From assembly GCA_021613535.1 (NCBI GenBank), contig CP075494.1, positions 9,424,001-9,488,000 on the forward strand: a DNA stretch of 64,000 bases, written 5' to 3'. This stretch comes from Adineta vaga. Lineage: Eukaryota; Animalia; Rotifera. Shown here one piece after another: positions 1-11,842 of the stretch (positions are counted from its first letter, which is position 1; every line of letters begins with the position of its first letter). The notes below the pieces were generated by a model, which ran no database searches, was not told the DNA's origin, and worked only from the letters and a program-made list of their open reading frames with translations. The translations under genes were made by a program, and so were the position numbers.

Positions 1-587
1 AACAAAAGATAATTCATTGTTAACACCGACAATATGTTCTACATATTTATCCGGTGGTGAAATTAGTAATGAAACATCGAAAAAACGTATTAAAAATGAT
101 AGCGATGCAGCAAAAGCCAATGCTAAAACCAGTATGGAACTTGATCAACAATTAACAGAATTAAAAAACAAATATTTAACAGTAAGATTATTCATAAAAA
201 TAGTAGGCGAAAGTTGTCGTTGTTTTATTTCTATAGAAAATTGCTGGACCATTAGCAACATTAGAAGCTTTAAAACTTATTATTGAAAAACAAACGAATG
301 AAAAAACTGACTTAGAAAATGAAATCAATAAACTTAAACAATTATATGAAGAATATAGTCAATATGATGAATATTCAACAAAAATGTTAGAAAATATTAA
401 AATTCTTAATCAAACACAATTAGCTGTATTAAAACATGAATCAATTACTGATTCTTCTATCTCCAATGATAACAATATTGATATTGATCAATTCGAAAAT
501 CTATCTACTTTATTATTTCATAAAATCTTGCATTTACCTTTAGTTGATATGAAAGCTAAACATTTACATAAACCAGAAAAGAAATAA
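1..587 (+). CDS. 3' part of an unknown coiled-coil protein (5' end outside the window); exons <1-181 and 237-587
   Basis: GT-AG intron 182-236 joins ...ELKNKYLT to KIAGPLATLEALKLIIEKQTNEKTDLENEINKLKQLYEE..., ending at the stop of ORF 384-587; AATAAA at ~613. Confidence 0.6.
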
Positions 588-766
588 AATGTACATACTT
601 TCTTTGCTATATAAATAAAGTCTATTCTATGAGAATTTCATTTAATTTTTGCTACTAAATATTTTAAAACCGATTTATATATTTATTTGATCACTGTATA
701 AAAGAAAAGAAAACAAAGACAAAAATAGAAGAAAGAAAGAAAAGATTCTCAACAACCCATTTCCGA

Positions 767-3103
767 CTAGATCGCTAGAATAGATAAGAATATTATTAAG
801 AAAATTAATATTGACGATTTGGACGAACAATTTTTCTGAGCAATTGATTGAGTTGTAACTAACGTCGATAGAATATTACGTTTTGCTAGAACAAAAACAA
901 CTTTATTCTCTTTATCTTTTCATTCAAATATATAAAACCTACGTGATTCATTCTCATTAGTACTAATAAAGGTCGGAGATGTAGACAAATTCATCACTGA
1001 TGATGAAGGTCGATGTTCTGTTATATGTTTGATTTGCTTCACTGATTGAGTTGATTCTAAAAATAAATTATACATTTAGATTATCAAGGTTTATTATGAA
1101 TGAGATGTCTACAAACCTTTAAGTACAAATTCAGCATGATTAACACCTACTGAATTTCTTGCTCGACAAACATATGGACCAAATAATGATGGATGATTTA
1201 ACTACGCGAGCGAGAAAAGAGAAAGGCATGTAAAATAAGAGATTTTCAATTGAGAAAATCAAATTATCTCATACATAAATCGTCACTGTTATTTGTCTGC
1301 ATGTTTGATTAACAAATTCTTCGAATTTCTCTTTCAATCCTTTCTTAATTGGTACAGCTTTTTTCGGTCGAAAAACATCAAATATTGTTGGTGCTGGTAT
1401 TGAACAAGCTTGACATGTAATCGTTGCTGAATCATACAAACGGAAATAAGACAAATGAAACGGAACTGTAACCATTGGTTTATCTAAATTTTTTTCTTCT
1501 GTATATACAGGATGTTAATGAATAAGAAAACTATGACTTACATTTCACATCAAGAAGAAATTGTCGATTGACAGTACTTAATGTATTAGTTGCTGAACAA
1601 TCGACTCGACCAGAATCAAACCGTGACACATTACGTAAGATAAGAATGCTTTCATTTCTACCCTCAACTATAAAGAAGATAGATATGTGTGTGACAGGAT
1701 GTCAATTCATTCTTTATTCTTCAACATACCCAATGCAACTATTCCTGGCCTCGATAAACCATTGACATGCCAAAGAATCAATGGTGCTGGATGACCAGTA
1801 GCTACACATGAGAATTCTGCATCACGACCTTCACGAACTGTCATATGCATATGTTCAGGCGTATGTGAAATAATTCGTGGTGGTACTAGAAATGAAATTA
1901 CTATTGTTAGTTCGAATCATAATTTAATGTTTATTACTGTCAAAATAAGCAATTGCTAAGGTGTGTATGTCATACTTGAAAAACAATTAGCTTCGATGTA
2001 TCTATTGAATGAACAGCTGGTTTTGTATTCTAGAGGTAAGTAACCCTTATTGACACCGAATGGGCGTGTGAACTCATGCTGATTGACAAGAATAAAAAAA
2101 GAAGAAGGGAGAAAGAAGAATAGATTCAATGAAGTGAACAATCATCATCTAGCAGAATAACAAATTAAACAAGAAATCATCAAAAATATATACTTTCTTT
2201 TCTTTTCTTTTCTTTTCATACAAAATTTTGTCCGAAACGGAAACTATGTATAACATCTGATGAAGGTGTTAGATCATTTGAAAAATGTCAAATCTATTTC
2301 TTTTCTATTTATCTATGTCTGATGAGACCTCCTGTTGAACAAAAGAAGAAAGAGTAGGAGGGACAATGCAAACAGACATGTATACATACATCAGATCCAA
2401 ATGTAAACGTCTAAAGACGGATTGTTTTTGTCTCTTTTTCTTCTTATACGTATTAACAACGCTCGAAAGATGAGAGAAAGAGAAGGTCAGTCAACATACA
2501 CCTCAGATAGCTGTTTGCTTTGTTAAAATAAGGATCAAAACAAAGATATGATCGTATAAAAACATACATTATCGCTTTGAAAGAAAAACAATACTTACTA
2601 AGTACATCAAGTAAAATTTCATTCAATGTAATATCACCTTGTACACATCGATATAAACCATGATCATGTTCTTCAATATTGGCAAGACGTAAGATTCGTT
2701 CTTGTTGATCATTATTATCCGATGCAATAATACTTAAACGAGAATCTCGTACTGTTATTACCGAATCAAGACTAACAATATCTGCTTGATCATCACGAAT
2801 CCAGACGATCTAAATGAACACAATATCGTTCATGCTGAGTTTATATACATACACATTCATTATCTCTGATGTCATTATTGTTATAAACTCTCAGTGGGAA
2901 ACTATTTTTCCATTCAAATAAAAGAAATCAACACACTTTTTCTTATTTTTATATTTACCTTTGCAGAATTTCTTGAATCGAGATTTTGATTAGCGTTCGA
3001 ACAAGGTAATTCAACAGTACTAGATAGAACTGCTTGAACCTTCTAATTGGTATGATGGATGGAATTGTTCAATTAGAAGAATAAGAATGACAATCGACAA
3101 CAT
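767..3103 (-). CDS. Three-Ig-domain, probably GPI-anchored cell-surface protein (IgLON/Lachesin/DIP-like); apparent frameshift near 3041
   Basis: Spliced translation gives Ig1 (VELPC...WIRD...LRLANIEEHDHGLYRC), Ig2 (VREGRDAEFSCVATGHPAPLILW...DSGRVDCSA), Ig3 (ATITCQACSIPAP...FGPYVCRARNSVG), an S/T-rich stalk and a hydrophobic tail SSILIFLIIFLSILAI*. The signal-like MLSIVILILLIEQF at 3103 is out of frame with Ig1. Confidence 0.8.
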
Positions 3104-5940
3104 ACGATTGAAATAGGTTATTATCGCGTTTGGATAGACATAGAAATGAATTTTTTGACAACGGAAGTTCTTCTCTGCACAGAAGAAAACGGCTCTCTGT
3201 CTTTCTCGTTTTTTTCTCTGTGTCTCTTTTTTATTCTTTTGTATATGTGAATTGTATGAAGAGAAAAGAAATCAAGTTGATTTGTTTCAAGTGGGAAGAG
3301 GATAACTTTTGCTTTTTTTTCTCTCTCTTTCTCTCTCTCTCTCTCGCTATACATTAGAAGAAAGAGAGAGAGAGGAGAGAAGAAAAGAAGAAACATATTC
3401 TTCTCTGTTTTTTAATGACAGCATCAGAGACTATTAATTCTTCTGTTGTTCATCAAACTGGTTTTCAAAAGCTCGTTACTTTTCACAGAAGTAAACGATG
3501 AGTTCATTAAAAAAAACAAAGAGCGATATGTTTCTGTTTTCAATTAAATGATTAATGAGCCTGATTTCATGATAAGTATCCGACATGAAGACATACATGT
3601 TCACGGACAGTTTAACATGATGTTTAGTTTGACTTGACTTGGATCAGCATTTTATGAGTAATTGATTTTCAAAGTTTCTTTCTCTCTCTGTTGTCGTGTC
3701 GATGTATATAATTCCAATTTGTTGAATGTGTAGAGATGGCGGCGACTAGGACGGAAACTTAATGCAAATAGTGATGACTATGGGGACGAGCTAATGAGAA
3801 CGCGTACAGACGGACCAAAGCATACTACTGCTACTTAAATGGACTTAACGAGAAAGATTGACAAACAAAAAAAATGGGTGGAGACAATATGAGAATTGAC
3901 TTTTCTTTTTTCAAGAATAAGTACCATCTGTACAAACGATTATTTTTGTTCAAGATATCAATTTAGAATCGACACTTATGTCATTAAATCGTTTTGAGTT
4001 AATTTCACGTATGTGTCATCGATCTGATCGATGAATAATATATGAATAGAAAATGAAAAGTCTTTCATTCTAAATGAGCCGTTGCAAAAGAAAGCGAACT
4101 TTGACATTGACATAGCACATGTGAAGACGATTTTAAGCTGACGCAATCTATCAAATTAGCAATCATTAATGACAGAAGTATTTTTCTAACCTTGAAATGA
4201 AAACAATGACCCATTGTCTTGTCTTTTCCTATGTCTTGCGCATCTGTCTTTGTAGAAAATCTCTAACTTGTGTTCTTTTTCAATCACATGAGAATATATC
4301 ATTGAAGTGAATAGAACTTTTTTTTATGTAATACTTCATCGTAATGATTCACGTTTGATTAGACACACACACACACGTAGTGTAGTAATTTAATTCGCCG
4401 CTTGCTCTTGTCTTAGGAACAAATATTTCATCTATTGTGCTTCAATAAGTTCATATATGTGCTTGATAGAAAGAACTGTTTCATTCGAGATCTTAATATC
4501 ACACATGATAAGTGTGCACTCGAGTAGAAAAAAAATGAAGAAGAAAAGTATAAATTGATCGGATACCTAACAAATGCCTATTATCCTGCTACACACACAC
4601 TATTTGATGCTCATTTTCTTTCCTTTCAATTTCCCTCTTCAGCTAGTAATTAAACAAAAATAGAAATTGTATGAATATATGTGTCAGGTAAAGAATCATC
4701 GATAATTAGAATGTCTGTTGATGGAAATAGTGTATTGAATGTAAAAAGACAATTGTTAATAATCTTAATGCGGCTGTTCGCATCAATACAATTAACAAAT
4801 GAGTTTCTTTTCTTAACGAAAAAAAATCTCACTATATCACTTGCATCATCTATTAGAAAAAAAAAGACTAAGATTGATTATTTTCATATAGAGATTATTA
4901 TTATTGTTGTTCTCATATTACATTCTTTTGTGACCAACTGTTAGTAGATGATTTTCATAAACAATCAATAAATAGTTATCATCATCATCATCTGTCTGAC
5001 ATAATCAGACAGATTGCATGATAGTCTCCATATAGATATATAATCCTTTTCTTTGATTCAATGGAAAATAATTGTGATAAATTTCACTTATTTGCAAATT
5101 GTTCTGTTACGTGTTGGTTGATTTTAGTTGAACGAATATAACCTTCAATGTCAATCTTATCAAGTAGACATTGAAAAGTATCGAAGCAGAGCGTTGAAAT
5201 CAAGTCTATTTCTAAAAATAGAGTCGTTTAAAAAAGAAGCATGAATTATTCATATACTCCAACAGAGATTTATATTAAAACGAGAAATTTTGTCCTTGAA
5301 TATGGATGAATCAATGAAAAACAAATTCTCAATGTTATTTTTATGTAAATTTCTAATGTATCTAACTAGATTTCAACTTTCAGAAACAGATCTCATTAGA
5401 TCTATTAACAATACTAGTCTATTCTCTCTATATATATTTTTCTAGTGAGAAAACTTTTACATTAACATATATTGTATATACAGTGTTGTTGACATTTACC
5501 AATTTACACGCATGTCTTCAACTATAGTGTTGATTCTCGAAATATTACAAATTCTGCGTAATTAATGATGACATATAAAGTTAAATGAGAGATAACTGAT
5601 TAGATTATAATGAATAAGTACGAGAAGTAAAACTTTCTTTTCTTCTTCATTTTTATTATGAAACTCATGTGGTTAGGATGAATCTATATAAATCTAATAG
5701 AATGTCATTTGATAATTTCATTCAAGGCAAATAAATTTGCCTTAATTTTGATGAAAATCAAAGAAGATTAGTTGTCATGAAATATTCTCTTTTTCTTCTT
5801 GATCGTCACAATTAGATATATATTACAAAAATCTGAATATAACAGATCGTTTTTTATTTTAAATTTTCATACTAGAACATGAAGAGAGACAGAAAAAAGA
5901 TATTGATTAGAATTATCTAATAGAATAAATTTTCATATCG

Positions 5941-6227
5941 TCAATCATTGCTGCATTTGCATGAACCTGTTGGACATTTACAGTCAGTACATGTACATTT
6001 GTCATTACCACATCCTTTTTCTATAATAAAATTAAAATAATAGTTTATTTAAATGGTAGAAAAAAGACTTACTCGATTGATTGCATTGACAACTTGAATC
6101 ACATGGACAAGTGCCTGATTTAGTACAATCATCTTTGCATGAACATTTTCCAACTAAATAATACCATAAATTAATAAAATGAATACATCAGAAACGATAA
6201 TTATTTACCTTGACAACTGCACGGCAT
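5941..6227 (-). CDS. Metallothionein-like protein 1 (59 aa, 16 Cys); exons 6227-6209, 6153-6073, 6020-5941
   Basis: Spliced product MPCSCQVGKCSCKDDCTKSGTCPCDSSCQCNQSKKGCGNDKCTCTDCKCPTGSCKCSND; CxC motifs, no aromatic residues, canonical GT-AG introns, TATA box upstream. Confidence 0.88.
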
Positions 6228-6300
6228 TGTAATGTATTTGACGAAGTGATACTTTATTAGTAGACGTAAGATTAGTAAATTATTTTCGATTTTTCCACTA

Positions 6301-6391
6301 TTTATATACCCATACGGCCAGAAAAATAATATCTGTCTATAAAAGGAAGATGGGGGTGCCGATTAACAGAATACGAAAAATAGGGGGTGCA
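6301..6391 (-). promoter_or_regulatory. MT1 promoter: TATA box (6301-6308) and two GCACCCC motifs, one matching the MRE core TGCRCNC (6385-6391)
   Basis: Minus strand TATATAAA ~75 nt upstream of the ATG; plus strand GGGGGTGC at 6352-6359 and 6383-6390. Confidence 0.5.
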
Positions 6392-6911
6392 TCATACGTC
6401 CGAAACGTCATTCTTTATGTTCTTAGAGAAGTAGAAAAAAAATTGTTTACGGACATTCTGAACAGAATGACATATGTGTATTCATGTTGTGCTTGTCACA
6501 TGTTACAATTCATATATTCGATTGATATTTTTTAAACCTTGATATAAATCCTATGATACGAACTAACTAATATTCTTTATTTCATAAATCTTGCTTTCAA
6601 AGTAAGATATGCAATATAAATGCTTGAAATTAAAAGAACATTATTCTACTTGTTCATTAAACACAAAAGATGTTATGATTATGAACAATCTAGTTGACTG
6701 ATTTTAATGGAAATAATTTTTCTTTACCTTGAATTAAAACTTATATTATTCCTTGAGTCAAAGAACAATACGGTCAGTAAATTATATTCGACATTCGAAT
6801 CTATGGCTTTATTCATATATATATATATATATACATCAAAACACAGAAATTACGAAAAAGAAACAGTTTATGACAGCATTCACTTTGAAATACAATTGGC
6901 ATTTGGGATGA

Positions 6912-7212
6912 TCATTGACCACATGTACATTTTCCTGTTGGACATTGACAATTTTCACATTTACATCCTTCTTTACCACAACCTTGATCTAATCAATACA
7001 AAACAAATAGAGATCATCATAAGCATACTCTTCGAAAAATATTTACTAGATTGATGGCAATTTGTACAATTGGTATCACATGAACAGCTGCCTGTTTTCA
7101 GACAATCTTCTTTGCATCCACATTTTCCAGCTAGAGAAATACAAAGCAGATATTGCAAAGAAAAAAAATCATTTGTGAAATAGTAACACCTACCTTCACA
7201 TCGGCACGGCAT
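6912..7212 (-). CDS. Metallothionein-like protein 2 (59 aa, 16 Cys); exons 7212-7194, 7130-7047, 6988-6912
   Basis: Spliced product MPCRCEAGKCGCKEDCLKTGSCSCDTNCTNCHQSNQGCGKEGCKCENCQCPTGKCTCGQ; same intron positions and phases as MT1. Confidence 0.88.
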
Positions 7213-7291
7213 AGTTTTTCAATAGAAGAAGAAGAGTTGTAGTTGATCGAGTGAGAAGAGTTTTTGATGATTTAGTTAGAAAATGTTGCAT

Positions 7292-7419
7292 TATTTATAG
7301 GTCAAACGAACAACGTAGATACGTAACTGAAACGGGGGAGCCATAACAGGGGTGCTTGTTTTATCAGAGAAAACATGAGGTGCATCGTCTTTCTTGTGAA
7401 AAGTATCACTACTGATAAG
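7292..7419 (-). promoter_or_regulatory. MT2 promoter: TATA box (7292-7299), G-rich GCACCCC-like motifs (7334-7384) and a GATA site (7413-7419)
   Basis: Minus strand TATAAATA; plus strand GGGGGAGC, GGGGTGC, GAGGTGCA and TGATAAG. Confidence 0.45.
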
Positions 7420-8699
7420 ATATGATTCTAGTCAAGAAATCTATTTTTATACTTCACTAATCATCACGAGAAAACGATTGCGCTTTACGTCAAGAGTAAA
7501 TGCAATAGTAAATTTTTAAGTTTTGAGACAATTAATATTGATGAAAGTTATTCTTATTTCAAACTTGATAAGAAAAGTTTGTTCGAAAAGAAATGAACTG
7601 AAACTTGAATAAGTATTTAAACCTTATTTTTATCTAATCAAATGAATAATGAAAATTTTTATTAAAACCTCTAATTCTCTTCAATTATAATACAGAAACG
7701 CTAGTGCGTAATTTCTTCTGTATGATAAAATGATTGATGTAGCTATTTGTCGTTGTTCTTTTTGGTATTTATGGTGAACTCGAACAACAATCATCAATAG
7801 AGGTTCATCAAATGCCAATAGATTTACTAATACAATCGTATTACACTGGAATATTGAAGAAAATAAGAAAGTTCTCTATTCTTCATGATCACGTTTTCAA
7901 TCTCAATAATTCAATTCTTTATCAACTGTCTAATTCAATGGCGTCTCTTCCAGTTGTTTTAGATTTCTGTAGATTAAAAAAAGTAAGTTAAAGTATTGGA
8001 CGTATTGATCATTTTACTGATATTTTTTTTGTATCAACTAATAAATTCGGTTCTTCATGAATCGACAAAAATCAAATAAAGAATTTTATTTTACCATTCA
8101 TAGTTACTTTAAAAAACATTTGTATATTATTGTCGCGTACCTCGAAATCGACATTAATAATTTTATCTTCACTACTGAAATAATTGACAGACAATACTGA
8201 TATTTCCTATTTTTGAATGGCTACGTCACAACTGCGACGCATTTTAATCGTAATAGAAAACATGGGTAAGTTATTGTGATAGTTATTCCAATCGCTAATT
8301 TCGGTACGCCATGAATGAAATTAAGATCATTTTTCTTTTCGCTTTCTTTTTACTTTAAATCATAAATATCATTATGTAAACAAAGTACATTCTTTTCATC
8401 AAAAAAACACGAAGAACATATTTTCCATCTTTGAATATTGCAAACTGATTAGTTCATCTTCTATTCTCACCTAAAAAACAATAGTTTGATATGTATTTGG
8501 TATCTGAATTAAGAGTGTCTTTTTAACATTTAACAAAATGTTGCTCATAAAAATGAGACACATGTCAGTGTCAGTTCTCGTTCCATTACAAAACATTCTC
8601 TGTGTATCACTCTAACAAATCCACAATACTATCCGATCGGAAAGAGGAAACACTCTATGTTTAAGTTTCAAATTTTAATCTCGACTTTCAAATACGTGA

Positions 8700-8895
8700 A
8701 AACACAGAAACAACAGAAAAAAATAGTTTATTGCAGCATTTTGTTTGAAATACAACTAGTATACACGAACAGCTGCTTGTTTTCAGACAATCTTCTTTGC
8801 ATCCACATTTTCCAGCTAGAAAAACACAAAGCACAGATTATAAAGAAAGGATTGACTCTGAGATGATACAACTCACCTTCACAGTAACAAGGCCT
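8700..8895 (-). pseudogene. Metallothionein pseudogene, duplicate of MT2 (ATG changed to AGG; end of exon 2 and all of exon 3 deleted)
   Basis: Exon 1 reads (R)PCYCE; exon 2 AGKCGCKEDCLKTSSCSC is near-identical to MT2, then joins sequence homologous to the MT2 3' UTR; 5' UTR and TATA region also align to MT2. Confidence 0.85.
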
Positions 8896-9276
8896 AGTTT
8901 TTCAATAGAAGAAGAAAAGTTATTGGTGATATAGTTTAGAAGATGATGTATTATTTATAGATCGAATAAACAACGTGGATGAGCGCATGCATCTGCTTTA
9001 TCATTGTTTATCGTTTTCCTTGTGAGAAACATGACTACCGCCAAGATATGGTCCTACTCAAGAAATTTTTTACAAAGAGAAGTACGTTATTTCGAATGTA
9101 TTTTTAACAAATATTTTATTTCTTTTAAATCATGTTTTTTGTTATAAAACAAAACAAGTATAGAATGAAAACGTTTCCCATGGTCATAAAAAGCTAACTA
9201 ACATAACAATGTAAAAGAAAAACGGATGAATAAGTAAAACAATAAATGTTGAAAGTTACACATTCTGCATATTTAT

Positions 9277-9459
9277 CTATTCATTTGTTTGTCGTTGATT
9301 GCGTGGATTACTTGCTTGTACGTAATGATACGCAACGACTAGTAAGAAGACAACAACACCAAGTATATTGGCACCGATACCCAAAATCTAATAAACAGTA
9401 AATTAAAATCACAATTAAAGATTAGAATATACTCTTACTTGGTCACTTTCTCGAGCCAT
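9277..9459 (-). CDS. OST4: Oligosaccharyltransferase subunit 4 (43 aa); exons 9459-9439 and 9387-9277
   Basis: Spliced product MARESDQILGIGANILGVVVFLLVVAYHYVQASNPRNQRQTNE matches the OST4 pattern ANxLGxxxFLLVVxYHYV; 51-nt GT-AG intron. Absent from the ORF track. Confidence 0.88.
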
Positions 9460-9941
9460 GAAAACAATATTTTGTACTAATTTGCCGAAATCCGATATCT
9501 AAAAAAGAAGACCAGAGATAAATGTGTTTGAATGAATAAATAAAATTCAAAAGAGATGGTATGTTCAATTTTAATTAGAAAGAAAAGAAATTCCATGAAG
9601 TTTATTGAGTATCGATATCGATACGTAGCACGAAAAGTATTCGTCATAGAGTTAACCATCAGCAAACAAACGAATAAATCAACGAATCATTGCCATGACA
9701 CGATGACTTTTTAATTATTTAATAAATAAATTGAAAATATTACAAATAAATATGAATTTAAAAATGAAGGTAATGAAAATTATCACGATGGAAAAATAAT
9801 GGCGTTCATATTGAGGTCGCTACGATCAATGTAATTGACATTTAAAAAAAAACAAACAAGTCCCCCATCAATTACTTCCTTGCGCTGCCTCAGTGTAGAA
9901 CGTTTGCTACTATCTCATCACTCATTATAATCGATTCGATC

Positions 9942-10697
9942 ATGCCTGAACAAACCCAAATTCCAAGTATTCGTTGGGCTCAACAACGTGAACATGTTCT
10001 TTTAACTGTCACTGTACCTGATCTTGAAAAAGTCGATGTTAAATTCGAAGAAAATTCCGTCTCTTTTCAAGGTCAATCAGGATCAAAAAATGCTAAAGAT
10101 AAAACAAATTATGCAGTCAAAATCGATTTATATGAAAAAATTGATCCAGAAACAAGTAAATTTGAGAATGTTGGTCAAAAATTTTGGCGTTTATTATTGA
10201 AGAAAAAAGATGCCTCAGTCAGCTTTTGGCCACGTTTAACAAAAGAGAAAGCACGTTTACATTGGTTACAAACTGATTTTGATCATTGGAAAGATGAAGA
10301 TGAAAGTGATGAGGAAAAACCTGGTTTTGGTGGTAATTTTCAAGATATGTTTTCCGGAGGTAAGAAATAATTATCTTATTATCATTATTCATTCATTTAC
10401 TTAGGTATGGGTGGCATGCCAGGTATGGGTGGAATGCCAGGTATGGGCGGCATGCCAGGCATGGGCGGCATGCCAGGCATGGGTGGCATGCCAGGTATGA
10501 TGGGTGGAATGCCAGGTATGGATATGGGTGATGGTTCTGATGAAGAGGAAGGTGATTCAGATGATGAAGAAGGATCACCAATAACAGGTGAATCCGGTGA
10601 TAGTAATCAGAATAAACAAGAATCGAACAAATCAAAGAGTGAACCGGTTTCATCAACAGACGATCAAGGATCAGCTGCCAAGGAACAATCGGCATAA
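9942..10697 (+). CDS. PTGES3: Hsp90 co-chaperone p23 (CS domain, GGMPGM repeats, acidic tail); exons 9942-10359 and 10405-10697
   Basis: Motifs PSIRWAQ, FWPRLTKEK, WLQTDFDHWKDEDE; a phase-1 intron joins the two ORFs in frame. Confidence 0.93.
10404..10525 (+). repeat. Coding 18-nt tandem repeat (GGMPGM, about 6 copies) within p23
   Basis: Repeated unit ggyatgggyggmatgcca visible in the sequence. Confidence 0.9.
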
Positions 10698-11108
10698 ACT
10701 GCTTTTTCTCTTGTTTCATCGTTTTCTTTCTAATATTGTCCGTCCATAGGTATAATCGTTACTGTTGATTTTTCATGTTCTTTTATTGTTCCATGGTTGT
10801 GATATTCCGAATGTAAAACTAACATCATTAAACAAGAACAGCAATTATAATACACCATCTTTGTCTGAACTTTATTATTTCATTACAATTAGTAGTAGTT
10901 CTCGTATTCCTATATCAGTCATTGAAGTTTATTTTATTTGATAGTCGATATATACATGACTTTTCTTCGAATTAGTGATATTTTTTAGCCTTGAAGAGTT
11001 CTTTACGAAAGAACAAACTTTAACAGACTACTTCAAAAGTAACATTGATGTTTTATTTTTATTTAAATAACCTTGAAAACGATTTCTTTCTATGTCTGTA
11101 GATAAAAT

Positions 11109-11690
11109 ATGGCGCCGAAAAAGATTTTAATGATCGTTGGTGATTTTGTTGAAGATTATGAAGTTATGGTTCCTTATCAAGCTTTATTGATGATTGGTCA
11201 TCAAGTGGATGTAGTGTGTCCAGATAAAAAAGCGAAAGAAACAGTAGCAACGGCTGTACATGATTTTGAACAAGAACAAACATATACAGAAAAGCGTGGT
11301 CACAACTTTACACTTAATGCTACATTTTCATCGGTTAAAGCTAGTAATTATGATGCTTTAGTAGTACCTGGTGGACGTGCACCTGAATACATTCGATTAG
11401 ATAAACGAGTTCGTGATCTTGTCCGTGAATTTGATAGTAGCAGAAAACCTATTGCAAGTATATGTCATGGTCTTCAAGTACTTGCAGCAGCTGGTGTTGT
11501 TACAGGTCGAAAAGTCACTGGTTATAAAGCAATCGGACCTGATCTTACATTAGCCGGTGCTAGTTATGTTGAAGTTGAACCAACTGAAGTTGTCGTTGAT
11601 GGAAATTTGGTGACATCACCAGCTTGGCCTGGCCATCCAAAATGGCTTGCAGAATTTGTTAAATTACTTGGCACAACAATTAATCCATAA
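11109..11690 (+). CDS. DJ-1/PfpI family protein (glyoxalase III/deglycase-like), bacterial-type, intronless CDS
   Basis: KKILMIVGDFVEDYE (catalytic Glu), YDALVVPGGRAPEY, IASICHG (nucleophilic Cys-His), VVVDGNLVTSPAWPGHP. Confidence 0.93.
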   Translation: MAPKKILMIVGDFVEDYEVMVPYQALLMIGHQVDVVCPDKKAKETVATAVHDFEQEQTYTEKRGHNFTLNATFSSVKASNYDALVVPGGRAPEYIRLDKRVRDLVREFDSSRKPIASICHGLQVLAAAGVVTGRKVTGYKAIGPDLTLAGASYVEVEPTEVVVDGNLVTSPAWPGHPKWLAEFVKLLGTTINP

Positions 11691-11842
11691 ACTATACTAA
11701 AGTCGTCATATTTTATTTTGCATATGTCTGTACTTCTGATATTTGTATTCATATAGTCAAGCATCTAAATATATTTTTAACTTTTATTCTAGGAATGAAC
11801 AGGAGAAAAACAAACAAAAGTTCATTCTTTTACTTTCAGATC

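Noticed and set aside
3733-3837. GC-richer patch translating as RWRRLGRKLNANSDDYGDEL, reminiscent of a death-domain helix
   Set aside because: Only ~34 codons, with no start or partner exons; cannot be supported.
7720-8310. Coding-looking minus-strand fragments between MT2 and the MT pseudogene
   Set aside because: Stops in all frames and no recognisable family; a translated search would be needed to call a pseudogene.
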